Origin: Pseudomonadota bacterium
Lineage (GTDB): Bacteria; Desulfobacterota; Desulfobacteria; Desulfobacterales; RPRI01
NCBI GenBank assembly: GCA_043825875.1
Contig: JBDRRF010000045.1
Location: forward strand, 1-64,000
Length of the DNA stretch: 64,000 bases
Reading direction: 5' to 3'
A program made the translations under genes and the position numbers. The notes beneath the pieces were generated by a model. The model saw only the letters and a list, made by a program, of their open reading frames with translations, was not told the DNA's origin and did no database searches. Below, piece after piece: positions 8,585-18,428 of this stretch. How positions within the stretch are numbered: position 1 is the first letter of the stretch; every line of letters starts with the position of its first letter.

Positions 8585-10366
8585 TTATTCCTTCGGTTGA
8601 TCAGGTGTTTCTAAAATCGTCAAAACTTCAACTGATTCATCACCAAAGCAATCTTCTTCTAATTCTTCAGCAATAGGAGCTTCATCGGACATTTTAATTT
8701 TATCGATTTCATGCTGTGGTATAGAACTAAAAAATTCGGCCTCTGGTTTAGAAGCGTTAACTTCACCTTGCTCATCTTCTTTTTCTTCTTCAGCGATATT
8801 GGCCTCATCAAAAAATCCGTTTACATCGACTTCAGGTTGCAACGTCTGTTTTTTATATTCAGCCATTGTAGTAGATTTAACCGCAGTCTCTTCAGGCATT
8901 AATCCGAGCTTTTCCATGATTACCGGCTTATATTTAAGCTCCCTTTCATAACCAATACCTACTCTTTCAAGTTCTCTGGCAACCTTAACCGAAGTGCCGC
9001 TACCAAGAAATGGGTCAAGGACAGTATCGCCAACATAAGAAAACATTCGTATCAGCCTGTTGACCAGCTCATCTGGATACATGCGGAGACGCCCTTCGTT
9101 ATTACTTACAGGCTCGATTTCCCATATCCCGTTCACATAAGTCGCATACTGCTCATTGGTGAGTTTCGATTGTGATATTATTTCTTCCGAAGGCATTTTT
9201 CTCATACCTTTTGCCCGGAAAATATAAATATGTTCCCAGTTCTGTTTTATCCTGTAAGAAGTGTGGGGTTTATAACTGTTATATGTCTTGTCGTCATTTT
9301 GATATGCACTCAAACCGGTTGGTTTAGCCCAAACAATCTCATCCGTGAGGTAAACCCCATTTTTTCTCAAACAGCTTTGATAGGTATGCCCCACAAGTTT
9401 GATCACTGTGCTTAATGCCGCTCCGATGTTTCCTGATGTGTGAGTCACATCGGCAACATTGAGCGCAATGATGCCACCTGGAATTATAACCCGTGCAATC
9501 TCTTTCATTACAGCTTCAATATTTTCTAAAAATTCCTTTGATGTCATTCCAACTGCAAAATCCATTTCATGAAAGTGCAGTGGGCTTGAAACAATCAGAT
9601 GAACTGACTTATCATCCAGTTCGCTCATATCGCGTGCATCTTTGAAATACACTCCCGCTATATTGTTTGAAGGAATGATTTCTTTTGATTTATCCTTACT
9701 CGGCTTACTTTGTTTTGAGAGATACCGTTCGATTTGTCCCTCTGTTTTTTTTACTGTCATATCATCTTTCACAATTCTTTTGGCCGCGATCACCTGTTCT
9801 TCTTGTGTGGGAAGTTTGGCAATAGCAAGCCCATGCCCGGCGGTTAATGTGCCATTTTGAATCTGCACCTGGACCTTGTCCGGCAGGTCAAGCAATGTCA
9901 GCTTGTTTGAAATGGTTGCGGGCGATCCGTAGCCTTTCAGCTCAAGCTCGCTAAGCGTATAGCCGAAGTCATCGCGCATAACTTTAATATGCCGAGCGAT
10001 CTCGATAACGCTGAGGGTATTTCGTTCAACATTTTTCACATAAGAGAGATGGGCTGCATCAGCTTCACTAATAACCTTATTGATCAGGCAGCATATCTGC
10101 TTTAAACCCATATCCTGAACCGCCTTCAGTCTCCGCGCGCCGTCGATTATCCCAAACTTTCCAACTTCGATTTCATAGACGAGTAGCGGTTCTTGTAATC
10201 CATCTCTTTTAATACTGCCCAGCAGCGTTTCCAGGTTTCCATAATCGGTGCGGGGGTGATGGTTGGGGATTGTGATAGAGTCGATGTTAACAAGTTTCAA
10301 CTCCATGCCATTGCCATTGTGATCTGTCGTCTGGGCTTCTTGGCCCTTTGGTGTTAAATTTTGCAT
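8585..10366 (-). CDS. ParB-like N-domain/HTH fused to an N4/N6 DNA methyltransferase domain
   Basis: ParB box: PRTDY..LLGSIKRDGLQEPLLV..IIDGARRLKA, NVERNTLSVIEIA. MTase: DARDMSELDDKSVHLIVSSP, YPDELVNRLIRMFSYVGDTVLDPFLGSGTS. Acidic tail. RBS AAAGGAG before ATG 10366. Confidence 0.88.
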   Translation of the reverse strand: MQNLTPKGQEAQTTDHNGNGMELKLVNIDSITIPNHHPRTDYGNLETLLGSIKRDGLQEPLLVYEIEVGKFGIIDGARRLKAVQDMGLKQICCLINKVISEADAAHLSYVKNVERNTLSVIEIARHIKVMRDDFGYTLSELELKGYGSPATISNKLTLLDLPDKVQVQIQNGTLTAGHGLAIAKLPTQEEQVIAAKRIVKDDMTVKKTEGQIERYLSKQSKPSKDKSKEIIPSNNIAGVYFKDARDMSELDDKSVHLIVSSPLHFHEMDFAVGMTSKEFLENIEAVMKEIARVIIPGGIIALNVADVTHTSGNIGAALSTVIKLVGHTYQSCLRKNGVYLTDEIVWAKPTGLSAYQNDDKTYNSYKPHTSYRIKQNWEHIYIFRAKGMRKMPSEEIISQSKLTNEQYATYVNGIWEIEPVSNNEGRLRMYPDELVNRLIRMFSYVGDTVLDPFLGSGTSVKVARELERVGIGYERELKYKPVIMEKLGLMPEETAVKSTTMAEYKKQTLQPEVDVNGFFDEANIAEEEKEDEQGEVNASKPEAEFFSSIPQHEIDKIKMSDEAPIAEELEEDCFGDESVEVLTILETPDQPKE

Positions 10367-10634
10367 TTTAAAACTCCTTTCAATTAAAATTGTTTTTTTA
10401 TGCGCCAATCGAATAATGTCTAACCTGCCATCAGGTTTTGATTTGCGCGTTTAGTTCAGTAGCCGAATTGAGTTTTAGAAAAGTGACATCTTTTTTTAAG
10501 AAAAATTGATTTTTTCGCAATGGCTTCTATTTATTGTTGTTATTCTGATAAGATATGTTAGGCTGGCCCACTTATTTTTTTAATCATACGGATTGATTCA
10601 AAGTTGAGACAACATACATAGATGGAGTGATCGC

Positions 10635-13600
10635 ATGCCAATTCCCTTGCTCAGAAAATCAGCATATATATTTTTCCTTCTCATAGCCTTTCATTTTTTG
10701 GTAATTCAAACTTCCTATGCATCAGAAAAACATACCGGCGATGTTTCTGGATTACAAAAACTAGCTGGTGAACTTAAAGCGAAGGGGTATTACGACAAAG
10801 CTATTCCAATTATAAAGGAAGTGCTGGCTTTAAAGAGAGAGACTTTGGGTGGCAATAATGCCGATGTTGCCCAATGCCTTGATCTTCTTGGTGAGCTTCA
10901 TTATCTGGCTGGAAAATACCCGGAGGCAGAACCCTTTTTGAAGGAATCGCTTTCCATAAGGATGGAATTATTCGGTTCCAATCATATTGAAACAGCAGAA
11001 AGCTTTGAGCATTTGGGAACCTTATATGCTCTGATGGCAGAATATGCCAATGCGGTAAAATATCTCAATGATGCCCTTAAAATCAGGGAAACAACATATG
11101 GGAAAGATCATCCTGATGTCGCAGAAACCCTGGTAACTCTGGCAAGAGTGCAAATAGATAAGGACAATTACGACAAGACCGAACCATTGCTGAACAGGGC
11201 TTTGGCAATCCAGGAAAAATCTTTGGGGCCTGAACATCCTGATCTAACGAGAACGCTGAATACCCTTGCATGGATGCACATTGATACAGACGACTTTGAA
11301 AAGGCTGAGTCTTTTTCCAGAAGGGCACTTGAAATCAGCGAAAAGGCTTTCGGCCCCGAACATCCTTACGTAGCCGACAGCTTGAATTACTTGGGAAGAC
11401 TTTATTCTTCTCGTAGAGAATATGATAAATCGATAGAAACAAACAAAAGGGCACTGGTCATAAGAGAAAAATTCCTTGGTCCTGATCATCCCGATGTTGG
11501 TCTGAGTTTGAACAATCTTGCGTTGCCATATTGCAGTCTTAATAAATACGATACCGCTAAATCATTATTTATCAGATCGCTGTCAATACGGGAAAAAACA
11601 CTTGGGCCTGAACATCCATACTTGCGGGTCATCCTTGCAAATTTAGGATGGACTGACCAAGTTCTCGGAGATTATGAAGGAGCTGTATATTATTTTAAGC
11701 GCTCCCTGGCAATCAGTGAAAAGACGCTGAATCCGGATGATCCTAAAATTGCTAGAATATTAAGAGACCTTGCAGAGCTTTATTATAAACTGGGGCAATA
11801 CTCAAAAGCAGAACCACTTTTCAAAAAGTTTTTGGAAATAAACGAAAGAACTCTCGACCCAGGGCATCCCCGTATTGGATTAAGCCACTCTTATCTGGGC
11901 TTTATTTCCCAATTCATGGGCGATAATCTAAAAGCTGAAAGTCATTTGCAAAAAGCCATTAAAATAGCTGAAATGAATTTTGATAATAACCCTGAAAACT
12001 TTGCAAACAGCCTTAGTAACTTGGCACTAATGTATGCTGATTCAGGTGAATATAAAAAGGCGGAACCATTGTATCTGCGAGCACTGGATATCCTGGAAAA
12101 GACGCACGGCCCTGAACATTCCTCAGTTGCCCCTATTTTACACAACCTGGCAACGCTTTATAGCTATTTGAACAATTTAGAAAAGGCAGAGGCGCTATAT
12201 CAGCGGGCACTTGCAATCTGGGAGAAAACAGTTGGGCCTGAGCATCTAAATACTGCCAGTAGCTTGAATCGTTTGGCCATGCTTTACGAAGAGGCAGGTG
12301 CTTACGAAAAGGCAGAATCTTTATACAGCCGGGCATTGAAAATACAGGAAAAGATACTGGTACCGAACCATCCTGATGTTCTCAGAACACTCAATAATTT
12401 GGCAACGATTTATAGTTTTTCAAAAGATTTAACGAAGGCTGAACAGCTGCATAAACGTGTTTTGAAAATCAAAAAGGATACGACCGGGACCGAAACCGAA
12501 ACGTACGCCAACAGTTTAATCAATTTAGCAACGCTTTATAAAGCACAGAGAAATTATGCTAAAGCAGAACCTTTGTATAATCAAGCGATAGAAATTTATA
12601 AAAAAACTCTTGGTTCCGAGCATCCTAAGGTTGCCATCGGATTAGGTCTTCTGTCAGTGCTTTATGAGGCCATGGGTGATTTTGAAAAGGCTTATGATTT
12701 CATTACGCGCACATTGGAAATTGAAGATATGCTTCTTGATCAAGTGATGGGATTTACCTCTGAAGATCAGAAGCTTAAGTTTGTTTCCACGAACAATTGG
12801 AGCCTTTATGATTTTCTGAATCTCGTCAATCAGCACTTGAGGCAAAATCCGGGAAAAAGAAAAAATGCTCTTAATGTCTGGCTCAAAAGGAAAGGTTCTA
12901 TTTTAGAGGTTCAGAAGCGTTACCAGGAAGCCATCTTTTCTGGCGGCAACCCCGAATCAGCTAAACTGTTTGAAGAATTGAGCGCTGTACGTTCCAGTTT
13001 ATCGAAACTGACCTTTGCCCAACCAGGGAAAGAAGATGAGAAAAGCTATAAGCAGAAAAAAGATGATTTGAAAAATAAAAAGGATCGCCTGGAAGCCAGC
13101 TTAAGCCGGTTAAGCCAGCCTTTCGCAATGAATCAAAAGATTGCCAAAGCTGATTGTGAAAAAATAGCCAAGATGCTTATCCCTCAAACAGCGCTTGTGG
13201 AATTTGCCAGAATGGAAGGGATCAAATCCGAAAACAAAGATAAGCTGATTTTTTCGGCTCGATATATCTCTTTTGTCCTTCATTCCGGCGATGGCAACAG
13301 AATCAGTATGGTTGATTTGGGTGATGCCGCTATAATTGATAAAATGGTCACACAATACAAAAAAGAAATTTATGCATCAGGAACCGAGAAAAGTGATGCG
13401 GTTACCGAAACATCTCGAAAATTGTATGATCTGGTATTCAGGCCACTGTTGAAACATCTTGGAACTGTTAAAGAAATCTTTATATCGCCGGATGGAAACC
13501 TGAACCTGATGCCTTTTGAGGTGCTCCAGGGGCCTGATGGCAGGTTTTTGATTGAGGACTATACATTCAATTATCTCGCAGCAGGCAGGGATATCATCGG

Positions 13601-14465
13601 GTTTGGAAAGAATCCGGTTAATAGTGGAAAATATCTACTCATGGGTGATCCTGATTTCAATCTTGGGCCAGGTGAGAAGATGGCTTTTCTTAAACGGAGC
13701 AACATCAAAAATGATATGGGGACGCTTGTGGCAACACGATCCACCAATCTCAACGAAGTTTCTTTCGAGCCTCTTCATTATGCCAAAGAGGAGCTGAATG
13801 CCATCGGCGGAATCATGGGACAAGAAAAATCCGAGATTTATACTGGAGAAAAAGCGCTGGAAGAAATATTGATGAATAAACCAGGCCCTGAAATTCTGCA
13901 TCTGGCCACACATGGCTTTTTTCTGAACAAGTATAATTTACCATCTTCGGGCAGAGGATGGCAGACGGCAGATTTGCCGGATAAGGATAAAAATCCGTCT
14001 GGCCGGACAGATAGGGTCATCAACGTTGAAAACCCGCTGTTGCGCTCCGGTATTCTTCTGGCCGGGGCTAAACGGTCTCTCATGTCAGGTGATATGGGGA
14101 ATAATGACGGTATCCTTACAGCTGAAAAAATTCTCGGATTGAACCTTCACGGAACGAATATGGTGGTGCTTTCAGCGTGTGATACTGGATTGGGTGAGGT
14201 AGAAAGCGGAGAGGGCGTGTTCGGATTGCGCCGAGCCTTCACCCAGGCAGGTGCAAAAAGCCTTGTGATGAGCCTCTGGAAGGTGCCGGACATGGAAACC
14301 AAGGAACTGATGGTACAATTTTATCGCAACATCAAATCGGGTTCTATGAACCGTTGCCATGCTTTAAGACAGGCAATTCTTGCACAAATGAAAATTGTCA
14401 AACAGCGCCAAGGCGATGCCAACCCACGCTATTGGGGAGCTTTCGTGTTTATGGGCGAGCCTTGA
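10635..14465 (+). CDS. Exported TPR-repeat / CHAT (caspase-like) protease
   Basis: Signal peptide ending TSYA; about 15 42-aa TPRs (xEKxLGPEHPx..SLNNLA); CHAT catalytic His (ILHLATHG) and Cys (VLSACDTGLG); SLWKVPD, YWGAFV. Confidence 0.93.
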   Translation: MPIPLLRKSAYIFFLLIAFHFLVIQTSYASEKHTGDVSGLQKLAGELKAKGYYDKAIPIIKEVLALKRETLGGNNADVAQCLDLLGELHYLAGKYPEAEPFLKESLSIRMELFGSNHIETAESFEHLGTLYALMAEYANAVKYLNDALKIRETTYGKDHPDVAETLVTLARVQIDKDNYDKTEPLLNRALAIQEKSLGPEHPDLTRTLNTLAWMHIDTDDFEKAESFSRRALEISEKAFGPEHPYVADSLNYLGRLYSSRREYDKSIETNKRALVIREKFLGPDHPDVGLSLNNLALPYCSLNKYDTAKSLFIRSLSIREKTLGPEHPYLRVILANLGWTDQVLGDYEGAVYYFKRSLAISEKTLNPDDPKIARILRDLAELYYKLGQYSKAEPLFKKFLEINERTLDPGHPRIGLSHSYLGFISQFMGDNLKAESHLQKAIKIAEMNFDNNPENFANSLSNLALMYADSGEYKKAEPLYLRALDILEKTHGPEHSSVAPILHNLATLYSYLNNLEKAEALYQRALAIWEKTVGPEHLNTASSLNRLAMLYEEAGAYEKAESLYSRALKIQEKILVPNHPDVLRTLNNLATIYSFSKDLTKAEQLHKRVLKIKKDTTGTETETYANSLINLATLYKAQRNYAKAEPLYNQAIEIYKKTLGSEHPKVAIGLGLLSVLYEAMGDFEKAYDFITRTLEIEDMLLDQVMGFTSEDQKLKFVSTNNWSLYDFLNLVNQHLRQNPGKRKNALNVWLKRKGSILEVQKRYQEAIFSGGNPESAKLFEELSAVRSSLSKLTFAQPGKEDEKSYKQKKDDLKNKKDRLEASLSRLSQPFAMNQKIAKADCEKIAKMLIPQTALVEFARMEGIKSENKDKLIFSARYISFVLHSGDGNRISMVDLGDAAIIDKMVTQYKKEIYASGTEKSDAVTETSRKLYDLVFRPLLKHLGTVKEIFISPDGNLNLMPFEVLQGPDGRFLIEDYTFNYLAAGRDIIGFGKNPVNSGKYLLMGDPDFNLGPGEKMAFLKRSNIKNDMGTLVATRSTNLNEVSFEPLHYAKEELNAIGGIMGQEKSEIYTGEKALEEILMNKPGPEILHLATHGFFLNKYNLPSSGRGWQTADLPDKDKNPSGRTDRVINVENPLLRSGILLAGAKRSLMSGDMGNNDGILTAEKILGLNLHGTNMVVLSACDTGLGEVESGEGVFGLRRAFTQAGAKSLVMSLWKVPDMETKELMVQFYRNIKSGSMNRCHALRQAILAQMKIVKQRQGDANPRYWGAFVFMGEP

Positions 14466-14488
14466 GTCTGAGGATAGGTAATCCCGAT

Positions 14489-15328
14489 TTACTGATGCTC
14501 AAAACTGAATGATTGAACGGTGGCTTTCGGAAAAATCTTTCCAATGGTTTCAATGCCGCCGCTTTTCAAATCTTCAATCCTTTTTGCGAAATCTTCAATT
14601 TTATTTTTAGAAGCCAGTAGGTACAGTTTTTCCGTGCCGGTATTTTTATCAAGATGATACCATTTGTTGCCGTCCGGGAGGAAAAAATCCTTTCCTCCAG
14701 CGATTAAGCCTTTTTCCAGTGATTCGATACTACCCGAACTATCCTGGAAAACGACATAGACATAAGCATCCTTATCAATCTTTGTCTGAAACCGAAAATA
14801 ATCGCCTGACTTCATTTCCCCGCCTGGTTTAACCTGAAATTCATTGTATTCAGGCTGACCGCCTCTGAATCCGCTCTGGGTTCTGCCTTGCAGCATGATC
14901 TGAATGGCATACGGACTGCCGGATTTATCCTGCAACATATAAATACCGCCAAGGATCAATAAAACAGTCGCGAAAGCTGCCACCGGTTTAAGGGAAAAGC
15001 CCTTTCCGAAAAAATCAGAAATTGCAGCACCAATTTTTTGAAGAATTGAGACCACCGGTTTTTTGTCTTTATCGATAGCGCTTTGAAGCCTGGGAAGCAC
15101 TTCCACCTTTTCATCTTTCGCTTCTTCCTCAGCCATCCGTATATCCATGAACAAATCCAGACAGTACCGGCAAGTGTTGAGATGATCCTTAACTTTGCCA
15201 CTTTCTTCAGGACCGAGTTCACCGAATGCATAGGCAGATGTCTGATCTGCCATATGGCATTCATCTACAATATTCTCTTTATCTTTCATAAACGCCTGCC
15301 TGAGGCTGTCCATAATTTTATCTGACAT
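14489..15328 (-). CDS. Zinc-binding anti-sigma factor with TM helix and DUF4384-like domain
   Basis: HLNTCRYC (HxxxCxxC); TM AAFATVLLILGGIYML; C-terminal GDYFRF..DAYVYVVFQDSSG..LP....WYHLDKNTGTEKLYLLAS (DUF4384 pattern); directly downstream of a sigma gene. Confidence 0.82.
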   Translation of the reverse strand: MSDKIMDSLRQAFMKDKENIVDECHMADQTSAYAFGELGPEESGKVKDHLNTCRYCLDLFMDIRMAEEEAKDEKVEVLPRLQSAIDKDKKPVVSILQKIGAAISDFFGKGFSLKPVAAFATVLLILGGIYMLQDKSGSPYAIQIMLQGRTQSGFRGGQPEYNEFQVKPGGEMKSGDYFRFQTKIDKDAYVYVVFQDSSGSIESLEKGLIAGGKDFFLPDGNKWYHLDKNTGTEKLYLLASKNKIEDFAKRIEDLKSGGIETIGKIFPKATVQSFSFEHQ

Positions 15329-15378
15329 TGCAACCTCCAGCCCAACCTGTTTGCGATTTCAAAGCGCCGCTATTAATT

Positions 15379-16062
15379 TTAATTGAAGATATCATCTTGA
15401 TTTAAATTGTTTTTTCTCATGACTCGTTCAAGACAGCTCTTGAATTTTGCAAGAGATCCTGTTCCATCACGGGTAAATTGTTTCTTGATCGCATTGATTT
15501 TTTTATCCAGTTCTTTTTTAGGATAATCTTTATCGCCAAGGCTCCTTTCGGCCATTTGGCTGTAGTCAAGCCCTTCAAGGTGCATTTTTACCAGATATGC
15601 GTCGCCGGGAGAGGTTTCGACCAACATCAGAAGCGCTTCATGAACAAGCTTTATCTTTTCTTTGTGAATCATATCCTTTTCGGGGGATTCGTCGTCTGAT
15701 CCAAATCCGTCAATCTCATGATCCTTATCACTTATATTCTTGTCGTAGGCGCTTTGGCGATATGCACTTCTTACATTATCAACTATCCTGAAATTGAGAA
15801 TCTTAAACAAATACGTCTTTAAAGAGGCCAGCCCTTTATAGTTACATATTGCCTTGGCGTTTATGAGTTCAACCCAGAAATCACTTAAAACCGAAGTGAC
15901 TTTGTCATTATCAGTTGAACGAATCCGGCGGCGAGTATATACCAAAAATAATGGATGATACTCGCTATAAATTTTGAGAATGGCTTTGCCATTGCCTGAA
16001 CGGAGTTCGACACATAATTCCTGGGCCAATATGAGATCTTTTTCGTGGTTGTCTGCGCTCAT
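15379..16062 (-). CDS. ECF-type RNA polymerase sigma factor
   Basis: Region 2-like YKGLASLKTYLFKILNFRIVDNVR; region 4-like LVKMHLEGLDYSQMAE; paired with the anti-sigma. Confidence 0.8.
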   Translation of the reverse strand: MSADNHEKDLILAQELCVELRSGNGKAILKIYSEYHPLFLVYTRRRIRSTDNDKVTSVLSDFWVELINAKAICNYKGLASLKTYLFKILNFRIVDNVRSAYRQSAYDKNISDKDHEIDGFGSDDESPEKDMIHKEKIKLVHEALLMLVETSPGDAYLVKMHLEGLDYSQMAERSLGDKDYPKKELDKKINAIKKQFTRDGTGSLAKFKSCLERVMRKNNLNQDDIFN

Positions 16063-16180
16063 ATGCCGAACATATTGAAGTTGTTTATCTTAATCAAAAT
16101 TAGCTTGAATTCCGTTAGATCTTGGCCACTATTTTTTCTGTAATTTGAAGTCTTCCGTACCAGTCAGACCAGCTTTTTCT

Positions 16181-16299
16181 GTTCAATCATCTAAGCAGAA
16201 TTTTTTATTTAGACGATTGAACAAGTTTTTTCGTTTACTGACTAAACAAGTTTTTTCGTTCAATCGATTGAACGTGTTTTTTTGTTCAATCACCCAAAC
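16181..16299. repeat. Array of five 15-16-bp quasi-palindromes at 25-26-bp period
   Basis: GTTCAATCATCTAAGC (16181), ATTTAGACGATTGAAC (16207), GTTTACTGACTAAAC (16233), perfect GTTCAATCGATTGAAC (16258), GTTCAATCACCCAAAC (16284), separated by T-rich spacers. Confidence 0.8.
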
Positions 16300-16377
16300 A
16301 TCATTTACGGCAATTAAAACGAACATTAAAAGTTTTAATCAATTCAACGATAACCAACTAAAAACATATAGCGATTG

Positions 16378-16560
16378 TCAATATTCCCTGTTTTTTAGGT
16401 CCGTCAAAAACGTATCCAGCGCCTCAATCACCATTCCGGTAATGGTTGCGTTGTTTGCTGCAGCATAAGCTTCAACTCTTTCTGCTAGCCGGCAAGGAAT
16501 CAGAATTTTGAATTCTTTTGTCGGATCGGAACATTGCTTTGCGTTGCTTTCGTTGTCCAT
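16378..16560 (-). CDS. Small ribbon-helix-helix-like DNA-binding protein
   Basis: 60 aa; beta strand FKILIP followed by helices LAERVEAYAAAN / ITGMVIEALDTFL (CopG/Arc-like pattern); RBS AAGGA. Confidence 0.55.
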   Translation of the reverse strand: MDNESNAKQCSDPTKEFKILIPCRLAERVEAYAAANNATITGMVIEALDTFLTDLKNREY

Positions 16561-16831
16561 TTAGAATTCCTTAAAACTGAAATTTTACAGGTTAAACACA
16601 ACCACACATATGCTATCAGCCGGGTTTATTCAAGTTTTAGTTACAAAAATAAACATCTTAAAACGGCTCTCAGCTCTCCACAGAGGTATTTATAGGGGCC
16701 CTGTATGATATGTTTCTGCAATGATTACTTATAGTAAAATAGAACTATATATCATCTGTCAATACATCATTGCTTGTTTAGAAGTTCTCGCCCACTACAG
16801 AGAGCCAGTCCTTTTAGACCTCGTTACCTGC

Positions 16832-17176
16832 CTGATAACACTGTCAACAGAAAATATTCTCATGAACAGAAATCTTCCTTTATCAAGAAAATGATTACTT
16901 CTGGTCAGGATACCATTATATTTGTGCTATCATCAGTTTTTTCGGAAATCTGCATTTTGATCGGGTTTCTATAAAATATGAGAGCGGATTCAGCTAAATC
17001 AACCGGCCCTGAAATTGCGGAATTCTGCAAGGCATAATCAATCTTGTCAAAGCCGTCTTATCTGACAGAGCTGTTTCAGAAAGAATTCTAACTAATTGAA
17101 AACTCCTTTCTCAAGAAGCTGGATACTACATCCAGGATACCATTATATCTGTCCCAGTTTCCCGTTTTTTCAAAAT
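16832..17176. repeat. Imperfect ~115-bp direct duplication
   Basis: Copies ~16832-16949 and ~17062-17176 share an identical core CAGGATACCATTATAT (16906 and 17133) and flanks TCCTTTxTCAAGAA and GTTTTTTC. Confidence 0.7.
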
Positions 17177-17194
17177 AAAGAAGATAAGTTTTTC

Positions 17195-17347
17195 ACTCAT
17201 CTTCTTTAATACTCATCTACTTAAAGACTCATCTACTTATATGTCCCTGTATTTGACCAACTTTGAAAAATGTTGGGCAATATCTGACCAATTTAACGGA
17301 AAGTCGGACAATATTTGACCAAATTTAATCGGGCGCATTTTGACCAT
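17195..17347. repeat. Iteron-like repeats, putative replication origin
   Basis: ACTCATCTWCTT x3 at 16-bp period (17195, 17211, 17227); ATYTGACCAA x3 at 31-bp period (17251, 17282, 17313) plus a fourth TTTTGACCAT at 17338; at the 3' end of the Rep-like gene. Confidence 0.7.
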
Positions 17348-18428
17348 CCTCATGCGGAAAGAATACTGCATCTCTATAAAAGATTTCTTCTATCTTGTCG
17401 TTTATATTTCTCCATTCGCCTAAAATGAAAACACTTTGGCCTCGTGTCTTTCCTTCCGGGGTTAAATGCTCAACTTTAATAATGCCGGCTTCTTTGAATA
17501 CGTCGATATATTCCTTGACTTTATTTTTGTGTAAGCAACATTCCTCACCGACTTTTCGGTAGCTGGAACAATAAGCAAGATATCCCTTATCAAAATATTT
17601 TTCTTTAATAGGATATCCTTTTGTGTCAATCCATTCACTACGTACTATGTTGGCCCACAGCCATTCATATACAATACCAGGGCCTTTAAATATATGGCGG
17701 TATGCCTCATTTCTGATCATACCTCGTTTTGTTTTCATGAAGTATTCATCTCCTATTTGTTTTTTTTTCGGTTTTATTTTATTCTGGATGTGACAGACTT
17801 TTTGTGGATTGTTATTCTTTTTAGGTTTTTGTGTTTCTAATTTCCTAACAATTTTACCGGAGCGCATATTCTTCATTTTCTGGTATAGCTCTTTACTTAC
17901 TTCCCCTCTCTTTCTTACCTTGTCAGGCAATTCATTGCTTTCTGTGATTTCTCTTTTAACCTGGCTGTAAATATCATGACCGTAAAATTTATCTATTTCA
18001 TATTCATTGGACATCTTGCCAAGACCGAAATCAAACATTTCTAAAGATTGCATATCCTTTTTTAATTCTTTTCGGAACTTTTCTTTACACTCATCAGTTT
18101 TCAAATATTCTTCAAAATATGCATCCTGCTCGGCAAAAAAGGCTTTAGCATCAATCTCATCCTTATTGCCGTTTTCTTCATTATGTTTTGGTAAAGATCT
18201 TCCGGCCATTTTTTCTATATATTCCGAAAGCCCGTCAGAAAGATTTCTTGGTTCTTCTTCAGATTTTACTGGCTGTCTTTTTCTCTCCAGACCTTTCAAA
18301 TATTCACTGAATTCTTCGGGACTGAGAGTATCAGACATTTCTTGTATTTCAGCTTCTAAATTTTCTTCCCTTTCGTCCAAAATATCCAAAACATCTCTGT
18401 CATCATAGTTGATTGCACAATTATTCAT
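17325..18428 (-). CDS. Putative replication initiator (C-terminal winged-HTH-like domain)
   Basis: C-terminal VYEWLW...YCSSYRKVGEECCLHKNKVKEYIDVFKEAGIIKV resembles phage/plasmid Rep HTH; adjacent iterons; acidic N-terminus; RBS GGAGGG before ATG 18428. Confidence 0.55.
   Translation of the reverse strand: MNNCAINYDDRDVLDILDEREENLEAEIQEMSDTLSPEEFSEYLKGLERKRQPVKSEEEPRNLSDGLSEYIEKMAGRSLPKHNEENGNKDEIDAKAFFAEQDAYFEEYLKTDECKEKFRKELKKDMQSLEMFDFGLGKMSNEYEIDKFYGHDIYSQVKREITESNELPDKVRKRGEVSKELYQKMKNMRSGKIVRKLETQKPKKNNNPQKVCHIQNKIKPKKKQIGDEYFMKTKRGMIRNEAYRHIFKGPGIVYEWLWANIVRSEWIDTKGYPIKEKYFDKGYLAYCSSYRKVGEECCLHKNKVKEYIDVFKEAGIIKVEHLTPEGKTRGQSVFILGEWRNINDKIEEIFYRDAVFFPHEDGQNAPD

Noticed and set aside
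16181..16299. Periodic repeat array as a mini-CRISPR
   Set aside because: Units are only 15-16 bp and degenerate, spacers ~10 bp and T-rich, and no cas genes are in the window.
16145..16974. ORFs 16145..16468 and 16774..16974
   Set aside because: They run through non-coding repeat arrays, with no convincing RBS or protein-like motifs.
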